From positions 60,001 to 92,000 of the forward strand of contig PRDJ01000001.1 of assembly GCA_003345555.1 (NCBI GenBank): a stretch of 32,000 bases of DNA, written 5' to 3'. Every line of letters starts with the position of its first letter. Within the stretch, counting starts at the first letter, position 1. This DNA is from Candidatus Thorarchaeota archaeon (GTDB lineage: Archaea > Asgardarchaeota > Thorarchaeia > Thorarchaeales > Thorarchaeaceae). Shown here in pieces: positions 9,553-20,000 of the stretch. Under the pieces are notes generated by a model. It worked only from the letters and a program-made list of their open reading frames with translations, did no database searches and was not told the origin of the DNA. The position numbers and the translations under genes were made by a program.

Positions 9553-9729
9553 ATGAACATGATAAAGACAAGCACATGGATTGTGGCGCTCATCTTGGGC
9601 CTATTAGGCATAATCCTGTGGCTAGTGGACTACGCGGGCTATTTTGCAGGCCTTGGTCTGTGGGGATTCATCCTCCTTCTGATTGGCTGGCTCTTGATGA
9701 TCATCGCAGTCAGAACTAAGGGTCTATAG
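9553..9729 (+). CDS. Small two-helix membrane protein, 58 aa, below the ORF-track cutoff
   Basis: Translates as MNMIKTSTWIVALILGLLGIILWLVDYAGYFAGLGLWGFILLLIGWLLMIIAVRTKGL. AGGAG lies upstream and a hairpin plus T-tract directly follows the stop. Confidence 0.75.
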   Translation: MNMIKTSTWIVALILGLLGIILWLVDYAGYFAGLGLWGFILLLIGWLLMIIAVRTKGL

Positions 9730-9754
9730 GGACTTCGGTCCCTTTCCTTTTTTT
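9728..9754 (+). terminator. Hairpin plus T-tract terminator
   Basis: AGGGAC-TTCG-GTCCCT perfect stem with a C(UUCG)G tetraloop, followed by TTCCTTTTTTT. Confidence 0.7.
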
Positions 9755-9942
9755 CTAGTTCCCTAAGGAATCTGGAAACATATTCGTAGTTCCTTGCTGA
9801 CCAGAGCATGCGATGTACGTGTGCTCCACTGAAGACACATTCTCCATTTTCTTCAATACTGCTTCTCGTTCGGGGACAAGTTTAAGGACCAGTCTTTGGG
9901 TGAAGGTCACCCTACTCTGTTCCCCTGTCGAGGAATTGAAAG

Positions 9943-11463
9943 ATGGTACTGGAGAAACTTGAGCCCAGCATTGTGTGGAGGATTTTCGAGAACCTTCTAG
10001 CGAGTACGCCAAGGGAATCAAAGAAGGAAGCGAAAATCAGGGTGGCCATTAAGAAGTGGGTCGCCGATCAGTCGAAAGCAGCTACTATACCCTATGCTGT
10101 AGTCGAAGACGCTGCAGGAAACTTGCTTGTCAGGGTGCCTGCCACCCACGGCATGGAATCATGCCCGCCCATTCTGCTTCAAGGGCACTTGGACATGGTA
10201 TGTGAGACTAACCGCGCGGGAGGGTTTGATTTCCAGAACACTCCGATTCCTGTCAGGATGGACAAGAACGCGGAATGGGTCAGCGCTGATGGAACCACAC
10301 TAGGTGCAGACAACGGAATAGGAGTGGCCCTATCTCTCGCGCTTCTTGCGGACCGCGGCAAGGACAATGTGCACGGGCCTCTGGAGATTCTGTATACGGT
10401 GGATGAAGAGACTGGGCTCACTGGTGCTTTTGCATTGGATCCGAAAAGCTTCGGCATCCGGAGTAGAATGATGCTCAATCTGGACTCGGAGAAGATGGGC
10501 TACATTACAATAGGCTCTGCTGGAGGTGGAGACATAGAGCTAACCAAGGAGCTTTCACAAACGAAGCGACCTGGGAAGGATAAGCAGTTCATTAGGTTGA
10601 ATGTGTCAGGTCTTCAGGGCGGTCACTCAGGTGTTGATATTCATCTTCCTAGAGCAAGTGCCAACAAGATAGTGGCCCGCCTCCTCTCGCTTGTCAGCAG
10701 GGAAGTCGGGCTGGGTCTCTGCTATTGGAACGGGGGCACGAAGCATAATGCCATAACAAGGGAAGCGGAGGCGAAGTTCGCTGTGTCTGGTGAGAAGGCA
10801 GTACAGGCAGAACAACTCCTTACCTCGGAGAAAGCAGCTCTGTTCGCATACTACAAGAATACTGCAGGAAATGCATCGCCTCTCGAGCCAAATCTGAAGA
10901 TTGAGTGGGCGAAGTCTGATTCTGCTCCATTCTTCTCCGTGGAGGATTCCTCACGAATCTTGTCGACAGCTAACGCTATTCCTCACGGACCGATTCGATT
11001 TTCGCCTGATGTGCCGGGCCTCGTTGAGACTTCCTGCAACTTCGCGATTGCCAAGACCGAAGGGCCGAAAATCATGTTCCATTTGTCGACGCGCAGCAGT
11101 GTTGATGCGGAACTGGAGGCCTTACGCAGTTCTTTTGTCGACTTGGCAAAGCTGGGCGGCTGGAGTATTACGAAGCTGCCTGCCTATCCCGGGTGGAAGC
11201 CAGAACCCATGAGCAAATTCCTTCAGTTCGTAAAGAGCCACTATGAGTCCGTCCTGCAACGCGAGGTCATGATTGAGGCCATTCATGCTGGTCTGGAGTG
11301 TGGGATAATTGGAGCGCGGATTCCGGGAATGCAGATGGTGTCCATAGGGCCTACGGTTCAGAATGCTCATTCACCAGAGGAGAGGCTTCACGTCCCTGAT
11401 GTGGCAATCTTCTACCGATTGCTGAAGGAGCTGCTGACCGCGTTGCCGGATCTAAAGGCATAA
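9943..11463 (+). CDS. pepD: M20-family aminoacyl-histidine dipeptidase (PepD-like)
   Basis: Motifs LQGHLDMVCE, TTLGADNGIG, DEETGLTGA, NLDSE, GGHSG and IHAGLECG. Confidence 0.93.
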   Translation: MVLEKLEPSIVWRIFENLLASTPRESKKEAKIRVAIKKWVADQSKAATIPYAVVEDAAGNLLVRVPATHGMESCPPILLQGHLDMVCETNRAGGFDFQNTPIPVRMDKNAEWVSADGTTLGADNGIGVALSLALLADRGKDNVHGPLEILYTVDEETGLTGAFALDPKSFGIRSRMMLNLDSEKMGYITIGSAGGGDIELTKELSQTKRPGKDKQFIRLNVSGLQGGHSGVDIHLPRASANKIVARLLSLVSREVGLGLCYWNGGTKHNAITREAEAKFAVSGEKAVQAEQLLTSEKAALFAYYKNTAGNASPLEPNLKIEWAKSDSAPFFSVEDSSRILSTANAIPHGPIRFSPDVPGLVETSCNFAIAKTEGPKIMFHLSTRSSVDAELEALRSSFVDLAKLGGWSITKLPAYPGWKPEPMSKFLQFVKSHYESVLQREVMIEAIHAGLECGIIGARIPGMQMVSIGPTVQNAHSPEERLHVPDVAIFYRLLKELLTALPDLKA

Positions 11464-11541
11464 TGCGCCGTGGCAGGTCTTAGAGTTGAATCTTGTTTGT
11501 TTGATGTCGGATATCGATGATTGAGTCTGAGGCGCGAACGG

Positions 11542-12084
11542 ATGAGTTATGCAGTGTTCTCTACCGCGATGGGATACAGCGGGATTGTTTTCGGCGATAA
11601 TGAGCCCGCGTTGAGAGCCATCAAGATCTATCTCCCTAGTTCTAAGTCATTCATTGAAAGGGCAATCAGACATGAGTATGGTGCCGCGACTGAGATTGAG
11701 AAAGCCCTGCCACGACTCTGTTCTCTTGTTCGCGATTTCCTAGAAGGCAACGATGTCACAATTCCATTTGAGTTCGTGGACCCGTCCGTTTGCTACTCAT
11801 TCCAGCTTAAGGTGCTCAAGGCCGAGAGAGAAGTTCCCCGAGGTACCGTTGCTTCTTATTCTTGGGTGGCAAAGAAAATCGGTTCAGGAGCCGTGCGGGC
11901 TGTGGGCAGTGCTCTTGCAAGGAATCCCTTTCCCATAGTCGTGCCATGTCACCGAGCAGTAAGATCCGACGGTTCACTCGGTGGCTTTCAAGGTGGATTG
12001 GAGATGAAGAGAAGGCTCCTGGAGTTGGAGGGCGTGCAGTTTGACTCAAGAGGCCGCGTAACCAGTTGTATCCTGAGACCTTGA
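11542..12084 (+). CDS. ogt: Methylated-DNA--protein-cysteine methyltransferase
   Basis: RAVGSALARNP helix and the active-site VPCHRAV. ATG 11542 is preferred over TTG 11521. Confidence 0.93.
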   Translation: MSYAVFSTAMGYSGIVFGDNEPALRAIKIYLPSSKSFIERAIRHEYGAATEIEKALPRLCSLVRDFLEGNDVTIPFEFVDPSVCYSFQLKVLKAEREVPRGTVASYSWVAKKIGSGAVRAVGSALARNPFPIVVPCHRAVRSDGSLGGFQGGLEMKRRLLELEGVQFDSRGRVTSCILRP

Positions 12085-12145
12085 GTAGAGATTTGTGAAG
12101 GGCTCGCGATTCAGATACTGTGGAGTGACCATGACACGGGTGCGA

Positions 12146-13972
12146 CTACTGAGATTGCAGGCTTGACAGGCCTAGTTCCTTAATCTTGGACTTGGGTGGT
12201 TTTCCGGTCTTCCTGTCCCATCCCCTGTACTGATACCACTTGTTGAGGTGAGCTTCCACATCGGGCACGTGACCTTCTGATGGCCCCTTCAGAGGTTGAA
12301 GAACAATGTCAGGTAGCTTCTCGTTCTTGGGATTGTAGCCCATCCTGAGATTGAAGAGACGCATAATAGTGAATATTCTCTCACCTGCACGCTTCAGGTC
12401 ATCAACTGAATACGTCCACCCGGTGACCAGAGTGAGGAGCTCAGCGAGCTCGTTTGATGTTATGGGATAGAAATTACACATCACAGCTGAATTGGTAAGG
12501 CATCTGAAGTCCTGAAACTTGGCAACTAGATCGGCTTCGTTCGCGAACCTGTCTTGACTATCAATGCCAAACCCCTCGTCTCCTTGACCCATCTGAACAT
12601 TGTACATATCCGCAGTCATGTGGCATGCTCCTCGGGGAGAAGTTGCATAGGTCATTGCCATACCTGAGAATCCACGCACATCGTGCTGGGCCAATTCGAG
12701 CCCGTTGACCTGGGCTGCTAGGTTTCCCACGCCGAACTTGTTTCCGAAGGCAAGGCTTCCCTCAGCCATCAGATTGCCCACACCCTCTCTCTTTGCTATC
12801 TTGTGGAGCAGGGCCAAAGCAGAATCAATCTCTCCCCATTCTGGTTTTACGCCATCCAAGTCCTTCGCCGTAATCTTCCCCTGCTTGAACAGGTAGTAAG
12901 CGAATGCTACTACGTTTCCTCCCGTTATAGTATCGATTCCCAACAGGTCGAGCTGCTTGTTGGCATAGCATAGAGCCTCAAGGTTGTTATTGAGTAGCTG
13001 AGCTCCCATCGTGCCAGTGACTTCGAGCTCGGGACCCGCGAAGCGGCCGGTTGCGTATTTCCCTTCCTTGATTTCGATTACACGACCGCAACCGATGGGA
13101 CAACGGAAGCATGCTGTCTTGCCGACTAGGATTCTCTCTTTGACCGCAGACCCACCGATATTGTAGGTAGAGAAATCGGGCACACTATAGTAACCGGCCG
13201 TAAATGAGCCGTACATATCTGTCGCCATGTCGACGTAGCCCGCAGTGCCCACAGATGAGTACATCATGAATGTGGCAGTATCCTTCTTTTCCTCATTCAG
13301 TTGCCTGCTACGCTCTGCGATTTTCGGCTCATCTGCAACTGGCACTTTCCTGTCCGTGCCGTTTACGACAATCGCCTTCAGCTTCTTTGAACCCATGACT
13401 GCCCCAAGACCGGTTCTACCCGCCGCTCTGAAGTGGTCTATGATAATGCTCGCGTATTTCACAAGGTTTTCTCCAGCTATCCCAATGCGTGCAATACCGG
13501 CGTTCTTGAAACCGGTCTCGGTCTTGAGGGTCTCCCACACCTGCTGCGTATCTTTGCCCCAGAGGTGTTTCGCATCTCTAATCTCAACCTTGGAATCGTC
13601 GATGAACAGGTAGACGGGCTTCTTAGACTGGCCAAGAATCATTATGCCATCGTATCCAGCGAACTTGATGTCTGCCCCTAAGTGTCCTCCAAATGTGCTG
13701 TGTGCCCACAGTCCCGTCAGTGGTGACTTCGAGCAGGCAGATGTCTTGCTGCCGCAGGGCACCATTGTCCCACAGAAGGGTCCATTCATAATCAAAATAG
13801 GATTGGTGGGTCCCAGTGGATCCGTCTTTGCATCGACCATGTCGTAGAGCATTCTGCATGCAAGTCCGGCCCCACCGATGAAATCCCGAGCCATGTCCGG
13901 GTCCAACGGCGTGACGGAATTAGCCCCCGAAGCAAGGTCCACTCGCAGAATCTTACCCCGGTAACCTTTCAC
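12146..13972 (-). CDS. aor: Aldehyde:ferredoxin oxidoreductase family protein (W/Mo-pterin, 4Fe-4S)
   Basis: Motifs SKSPLTG, AAGRTGLGAVMGSKKLKAI, CFRCPIGC, GPELE, LGIDTI and SPRGACH. Confidence 0.93.
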   Translation of the reverse strand: MKGYRGKILRVDLASGANSVTPLDPDMARDFIGGAGLACRMLYDMVDAKTDPLGPTNPILIMNGPFCGTMVPCGSKTSACSKSPLTGLWAHSTFGGHLGADIKFAGYDGIMILGQSKKPVYLFIDDSKVEIRDAKHLWGKDTQQVWETLKTETGFKNAGIARIGIAGENLVKYASIIIDHFRAAGRTGLGAVMGSKKLKAIVVNGTDRKVPVADEPKIAERSRQLNEEKKDTATFMMYSSVGTAGYVDMATDMYGSFTAGYYSVPDFSTYNIGGSAVKERILVGKTACFRCPIGCGRVIEIKEGKYATGRFAGPELEVTGTMGAQLLNNNLEALCYANKQLDLLGIDTITGGNVVAFAYYLFKQGKITAKDLDGVKPEWGEIDSALALLHKIAKREGVGNLMAEGSLAFGNKFGVGNLAAQVNGLELAQHDVRGFSGMAMTYATSPRGACHMTADMYNVQMGQGDEGFGIDSQDRFANEADLVAKFQDFRCLTNSAVMCNFYPITSNELAELLTLVTGWTYSVDDLKRAGERIFTIMRLFNLRMGYNPKNEKLPDIVLQPLKGPSEGHVPDVEAHLNKWYQYRGWDRKTGKPPKSKIKELGLSSLQSQ

Positions 13973-13984
13973 TTTCTTCGCCTC

Positions 13985-15163
13985 TTAGAAGTCAACTGGA
14001 GTGCCGCTGTACATGTATTCATACATCTTGCGGATTCCACCGCTATCTATGTCCCGCGGGTTCATTGTTATGCTCGAATCCATCATTGCATACTGAACGA
14101 GCTTGTCCAGCCCGTCATTGAAGTCCTTCTCGGAGACGCCTGCCTTCTTTAGACTGGTTGGAAAACCAACACTGGCCTGCAGCTGTCTTATCTTCTTAGC
14201 GAAGGCTCTTGCAGCTAGCTCAGGATCGGCTTTCTTGATACCGACGAGTGCTGCAAGCTCAGCGTACAGCTTTGCGGTTTCGGGCTTGTCCTTACAGTTG
14301 TACTCGATGGTCAAAGGAAGCGACAGACCCACAGCGAGCCCGTGCTGTACTCTGAGTACAGAGCCGAGACTATGTCCCAAGGAGTGCCCGAGTGCGACTT
14401 GAGAGTTACTGAAAGACATACCTGCAAGGTCAGCTGCAATCAGCATCTTTTCCCTCGCTTGAAGGTCCGTGAGGTCTGCGACTGATTTCGGCAGCCATTC
14501 AAAAACCATCTGAACTGTCTTGAGCGTGCATGCATCCGAGAAGTCATTCTTCCAAACTGAAACATATGCTTCCACCGCGTGTGTGAGTGCGTCTAGGCCC
14601 GTGTAGGCAGTGAGTTCTTTTGGAAGCCCTTTCACGAAACCCGGCTCGAGAATAGCAATGTCCGGGCAGAGTTCCGCATTGTTTGTTGCAAACTTGCGTC
14701 CGGTTTGATCCTCTCGAATCACGACCGCCTTTGTGGCTTCAGAACCAGTGCCTGCGGTCGTAGGTATGCAAACGAGTCTCGCCTTATGTCGCAGGTCAAG
14801 CGGCTGCAGTGGAGTGATGGCTTCGAGCTGAATCTCAGGATGTTCATAGAGAACCCATGCCGCCTTAGCAGTGTCCATGACACTGCCCCCACCGACTGCT
14901 ATGATTGTGTCTGTGGAGAATCTCCTCATTGCTTCGGCTGCACTCTTTACGCTAGAGACCCTCGGATCTGGTTCTGCATTGTCCCAGATAGCCACAGACC
15001 ATTGATGGTCGTGCAGTATTTCAGAAATCCTCTCAGGAAATCCAAAGCCCATAACGACCTTGTCCGTAAGAATGAAAGCATTCTTGCCGGACAATTGCTC
15101 TAGTTCGGTTGTCAGAGCGTCCTCGCCGAAGATCACTTTTGGTACGCTGAACCACCAGACCAT
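13985..15163 (-). CDS. Iron-containing (group III) alcohol dehydrogenase
   Basis: Motifs GGGSVMDTAKA, IPTTAGTGSEAT, DALTHAVEAY and GHSLGH...HG. A GAGGTG Shine-Dalgarno-like site precedes ATG 15163. Confidence 0.92.
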   Translation of the reverse strand: MVWWFSVPKVIFGEDALTTELEQLSGKNAFILTDKVVMGFGFPERISEILHDHQWSVAIWDNAEPDPRVSSVKSAAEAMRRFSTDTIIAVGGGSVMDTAKAAWVLYEHPEIQLEAITPLQPLDLRHKARLVCIPTTAGTGSEATKAVVIREDQTGRKFATNNAELCPDIAILEPGFVKGLPKELTAYTGLDALTHAVEAYVSVWKNDFSDACTLKTVQMVFEWLPKSVADLTDLQAREKMLIAADLAGMSFSNSQVALGHSLGHSLGSVLRVQHGLAVGLSLPLTIEYNCKDKPETAKLYAELAALVGIKKADPELAARAFAKKIRQLQASVGFPTSLKKAGVSEKDFNDGLDKLVQYAMMDSSITMNPRDIDSGGIRKMYEYMYSGTPVDF

Positions 15164-15240
15164 TAGAACCAACCACCTCTCTCTGCTGACTGCTTCAAGC
15201 GGTCTTGATATTGTCAGCTGTACATTCAGCGAACAGCCCC

Positions 15241-15246
15241 TTATAT
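15241..15246 (-). promoter_or_regulatory. Putative TATA box for the ADH-AOR pair
   Basis: ATATAA on the minus strand in the intergenic gap upstream of the ADH. Confidence 0.35.
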
Positions 15247-15280
15247 CTAGTGTACCAGAGAGCGCCTACGTTCAACTGGT

Positions 15281-16372
15281 TCACTTTGTCTTGACTCTCT
15301 TGGGCGCAAGCTCAAGCGTCTTCACAGCCTCGTCAATAACGGATGCAATCAGGTCTTTGACAGTAGGAATGTCCTTTATTCTGCCTGTGACTTCTCCACC
15401 GAGCATCAACGCAGTTTCAGGTTTCTCACCCATTAGGTCGACGAATCCAGATCGTTCTATCCCAAGGATGTCCTCGTTCGACTCAACCGGCTGCCCAAGG
15501 TAGAATCCGGGGATGTCACGCAGTGTCTGTTCAACAATCTGTTCGGAGCGATTGTTTCGGAGAAAGCGCATCGGACCGAACACTCCTCTCCCAACAAGTG
15601 TCTGTCTCTCTTCTCTGTCGATGATTGCTTGTTTCCAGATGGGCTCAAAGTCGCTCTCTTGGGTCGCGATGAACCTCGTGCCCATCTGAACACCCTCTGC
15701 ACCCATGCACAGGGCTGCTGCCAACGTTCTGCCGTCACAGAAACCGCCTGCGGCAACTACCGGCTTCTTGACAGCCTTTGCAACTGCTGGAACAAGAACC
15801 GTCGAGTGGACAGGTTCCCACGAAACGTGAGCACCCCCTTCATGGCCTGATGCGATTATCACATCTGCTCCAGCAGCCTCAGCCTTTCGTGCGTGATACA
15901 CTGAGGGGACCACGTGGAACCAGAGCAAACCGTGTTCTTTGATCTTCGCCCATGGTTTAGGGTTGCCCGCAGAGGTGATTATGACGCGGAGACGCTTTTC
16001 GATATCAGAATCATTCTCTCGAGACTCGATCGCCTGCTCAACGAACATCTCAGAAGCGATGGTGAACTCCGAAGCCACCGGGACATTCACCCCAAAAACC
16101 CCACCCGACCGTTTCGTCTCCTTGGCAACGGCCTCAATGGATTTCTCAAGGATGACCTTGGGTGGGTCTGTCCCGAAGAGCCGAACTGCATCGATTGGAG
16201 CGGCCTCTGGTAGCATGCTTGCGGCCATGCCAATGCTGCTTATGACACCCAGAGCTCCTGCGTTGGATACTGCGGCCGCCAAGGCCTGCGTCTTGTACGG
16301 GCCCATCCCACCTTGAAGTATCGGATGCTGAATGCCCAGAAGATCGCAGAGGACTGTGTGGATGGATTTCAT
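15281..16372 (-). CDS. Nitronate monooxygenase / FabK-like FMN oxidoreductase
   Basis: Motifs LGIQHPILQGGMG, AVSNAGALG, SGHEGGAH, VVAAGGFCDGR and GVQMGTRF. Confidence 0.88.
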   Translation of the reverse strand: MKSIHTVLCDLLGIQHPILQGGMGPYKTQALAAAVSNAGALGVISSIGMAASMLPEAAPIDAVRLFGTDPPKVILEKSIEAVAKETKRSGGVFGVNVPVASEFTIASEMFVEQAIESRENDSDIEKRLRVIITSAGNPKPWAKIKEHGLLWFHVVPSVYHARKAEAAGADVIIASGHEGGAHVSWEPVHSTVLVPAVAKAVKKPVVAAGGFCDGRTLAAALCMGAEGVQMGTRFIATQESDFEPIWKQAIIDREERQTLVGRGVFGPMRFLRNNRSEQIVEQTLRDIPGFYLGQPVESNEDILGIERSGFVDLMGEKPETALMLGGEVTGRIKDIPTVKDLIASVIDEAVKTLELAPKRVKTK

Positions 16373-16479
16373 GATTGCTGTGATTCAGTAAGCCGCGATT
16401 TAAGTCTGATATCTCCTGAAAAGTTGTCAAGAGAGCGATAACGGAGCAATTGGAGTAGTTCCGGGAGTCAGATTGACTT

Positions 16480-16518
16480 AAAGAAAACAAAGGAGCCGGG
16501 AAGAAGATTCTCCGGCTC
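16480..16518 (-). terminator. Hairpin plus T-rich tract after the SCP2 gene
   Basis: Minus strand GAGCCGG...CCGGCTC 7-bp stem overlapping the stop codon, followed by CTTTGTTTTCTTT. Confidence 0.6.
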
Positions 16519-16939
16519 ATTTCTCATCTGGGAACTTCGTGGGTATCTTGACTGCAGTCGCAACGAGTTCCGCTGCAGCCTTTGTGTAGCGCATGACCTT
16601 ACCCATGTCGCCCTTCAACGTGAATTTGCGGGCCATCAGTCCCTTGATAGGATCTATCTGGCCTGCAAGAAGAAGCTTCCAGTTCTTCAGCGGTCCGGAG
16701 TACTCGAACGCCGCCTTCTGACCGGGAGCCGCAAGGGCAACCTTTCTGCAATCGCCGTGCCACAAGTCAATGTACGCGCGGGCGGGCTCCTTGACAGTTG
16801 ATCCGTCTGCGTCAATCTGGAAGATGAAATCGCCCTCCCAATCTTTGGCTGCATCTTTGTATGCCGCATTCTTGTTGAGGATTTCTTGATACTTCTTCAG
16901 CCACTGTTCAGAGAAGAAGTCCACCTTCTTTTCGCTCAT
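16517..16939 (-). CDS. SCP2 (sterol carrier protein 2) lipid-binding domain protein
   Basis: Motifs FFSEQW...AYKDAAKDWEGDF and GQIDPIKGLMARKFTLKGDMGKVMR. An alternative ATG exists at 16948. Confidence 0.88.
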   Translation of the reverse strand: MSEKKVDFFSEQWLKKYQEILNKNAAYKDAAKDWEGDFIFQIDADGSTVKEPARAYIDLWHGDCRKVALAAPGQKAAFEYSGPLKNWKLLLAGQIDPIKGLMARKFTLKGDMGKVMRYTKAAAELVATAVKIPTKFPDEK

Positions 16940-17062
16940 GGGAATCATCGTCTCTTTGCGTTACTTCAGATGGGAGTAGCCGTGAGAGAAAAGTGTTCTG
17001 GCTGATGAGTTTGGTCTACGCGACTCAGCAATCCGACCTTCTCGCATAACCTTTTATCGTGA

Positions 17063-20000
17063 ATGGGCTCGGACGCGCGAAACTCCCTTCTCAGGAGATT
17101 GGCGGAATTGACACACGGGAGCAACAGTGACAAGATCCGTGATTTTGAGTTGACCTTGGAAGATTCAGCTCGGCTGGCAGAATGCTTCAACTCGTTCGAT
17201 GATTCAGACAGCTGGCCGGGCGGCTTCACCGGAGGAATTCCCTTTACAGCTGAACGGGTCCTAGAGGACAAGACAAAGAGGAACGACATCAGGACTCTCG
17301 TGGCTTACATAGGTGACAGGATAATAGGACACTGCAATGTTGCTCAAGCAGAGATGGATCCCGAAGCGGCATACGTAGGTACTCTTGGTGTCGACCCGAA
17401 GTATCAGGGTCAAGGATTCGGGAAAGCAATGTTGATCGAAGCTGCTGAAACGGCGGCCCGCCTAGGAAAACGAAGAATCGACCTTCACACATGGCCCGGC
17501 AACATCAAGGCCATGCCTCTCTACAAACGTGTCGGATACAACTGGGTGCCGAGAACCAGGGTTCTGATGGAATCGTATATCCCGGGGATTCTGAGTTTCC
17601 CGCTGTTTGCTGAGTTCTTCAAACGCTATACCTGGCATGAAGTCCTTACCAGAGAGATACATCAGGTTGTTGATGACATAGAGCAAGACGGGCTTGGTGT
17701 GTACAGATACTTCTTCAGAGGGCAGAATGATGATTCACTCGACGTCACTGTGGATCGCGAAGCCAAGGGAATCTGCAGCTTCAAGCTTGTCTTTGATCAT
17801 CATGAGATAAGCGCTGGCTCGAGGCAAGCCTCACCCATAGGATACATTGGTTACGGGCAAGTGGCTGTGCATCTCATAATCTCCAGCAATGACCAACATG
17901 AATTGCCTGTAACAGTGAGCGTCGTTCCCACGCAGGATTTGTCGGTTGAGTTGACAGGCGACATGACGGGAATGGTTTCGGCGGGACGCCAGTTTGTTTT
18001 GGGGGGATTCTACGGAATTCCTGAAACAGCCGAGAAAGTTGACCGCGAGAAAGACCCAACGACCAAAGTCAGGGCGCAAGCCGCTTGGGAAATCACTTTG
18101 GGAGATACAACATTCAATCTGTACAGCGGGCTCATCCCGCATCAGGCAATCACGATTTCTTCCAATCCTGTCTACCCTTGCATTTCTCCGGGTAGCCAAC
18201 CCAAGATGGAGATCGTTCTTCACAATAATCTCATCAGAGTCGTCAAGGGTGAGGTGGTAGTAAGCCCAGCTTCCGGGAAGACCATGTGGTCCCGGGTTAC
18301 TGAATTCGAATTGGACCCGGATGAGACAAGGGGAGTTGCGCTACAAGTCGCGACGGCGGCAGAAGACGACAATAGTGTCCTTCCATTGCTTGTTTCCGTC
18401 TTTGTCTTGGAAGACTCCGAAAAGAGGGCGGTGAATCGAAAGACGTTCAACATCCCGGTCTTGGGAGTCTCAGGAGCAGTCGTGTACGAATCGCTCGACG
18501 ATTACCTAGTCATCGAGTCCGAGACTTTCAGGTACACGATATCCAAAACACCACCGATGAGCTTTAGGTCGTTTGAAGACAAGACGCAACATAGGGTCGC
18601 TAGAGGCTTTTTCCTTCTTCCTTCTGTAGGATACCCATTCCCTTCGGGCGGCAGTGAGTGGTCTCGCAGAGCATTCGACGTGACTCTAGCGAACAACAAG
18701 GATTACGCCGAAATCCGGCTGGAAGGAGATTCAATTGAGAAGACCGGTGCAAGGCTTACAGCTATATACAGAGCCTACCCAAGCCGTCAGTATCTTGAGA
18801 TTATCAACGGGATAACTAATGTAGGCTCTTCAACACTCACCAACTTGGGAGTGCAAACCCAAGGTTGGTTTGAGATGGCTGGGACTAGGATGTATGTCCC
18901 CATTAGAGGAAGCATATACGAGCTCGGCTCGATAGACTGGACTGGTGACAGGCAGGTTCCGGACGAGCCAAGCGCCTATCATGAATCGTGGGCTGCCGTG
19001 TGCAGTGCTGAAGGTGGATTGCTTGTAGGCTATGCTTGGGACGCTGACGGGCTAGTCAAGGTTGAGCCTCGTCGCTCGCGGAGGGTCACTAGGACCGAGT
19101 ATAAGCTCCCCGACCTCGAACCCGGCGAGTCGAGCGAGAAAACGATCCTAAGGATTGTGACAGGCCTAGGGGGATGGAGGAAAGTGCGTTCACTCTGGGC
19201 TCAGCTAAATAACAGGCCCGAGCCCGATATTGATGTGCGGGGGCCGAGGTCTGATCTAGAGTTCAGTGTAGTTCCCAAGTCGTCGAGCTGGGCTGCTGGA
19301 TCCGGGGCGCCAATCATGATTGACCGATTACAGCAAAATGAGATGGAGATTCGAGTCAGCGTCCTCCATGCTGACTCTATCTCGGGGCAGCTTAGTGTCA
19401 CTTTGCCTTCAGGTCTTCTCATCAATAAGAAGAGCAGCGTCACTTTCGACATCAAGCGGCTCAACATAGATACACCCTTCACTGCACCGGTAACAATCAC
19501 AGCGATCAAAGGGGGCGAGTGGATCAGGATTGGCGGCGAGGCCCTGTTCCGTTTCGAGAATAGAGTGGCACGAATTCCATTAGTTGCCATCCTGTACGAT
19601 TCGACTGCGTCCGTTGAAAGGTCGACTGAAGTTGTAGAAGGAAACACTCTGTATCAGCTGAAGACCGCTGGGAACGGAATTTCGGTCTCGCCTGAGTATT
19701 GTGCCAGCCTGGTTCGACTCAAGCTGTCAGACAATGACAATGTCTTCCAGGACCTATTCCCTCATGCTGACCCGTTCTTGTGGACCGATCGACACTACTC
19801 TGGTCTGAATCCTATCATAGGAAGATGGGGAACTTGGGATTGGCAATCCGGCCTACTCTTGGAGAAATGGTCTGTATCTGAGGCTAGAGAAGGCCCTTGG
19901 GTAGGCTATGAGATCAAAGCTATCTTAGAACATTGCCCCGGTCTGAAAGGTATGCAGTTCAGCATAAAGCACATGATTCTCAAGGGCACGCCGATAGTGC

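Noticed and set aside
16466-16478. AGTCA-GAT-TGACT palindrome as a transcription-factor site
   Set aside because: The arms are only 5 bp, I found no second convincing copy, and no regulator gene is nearby.
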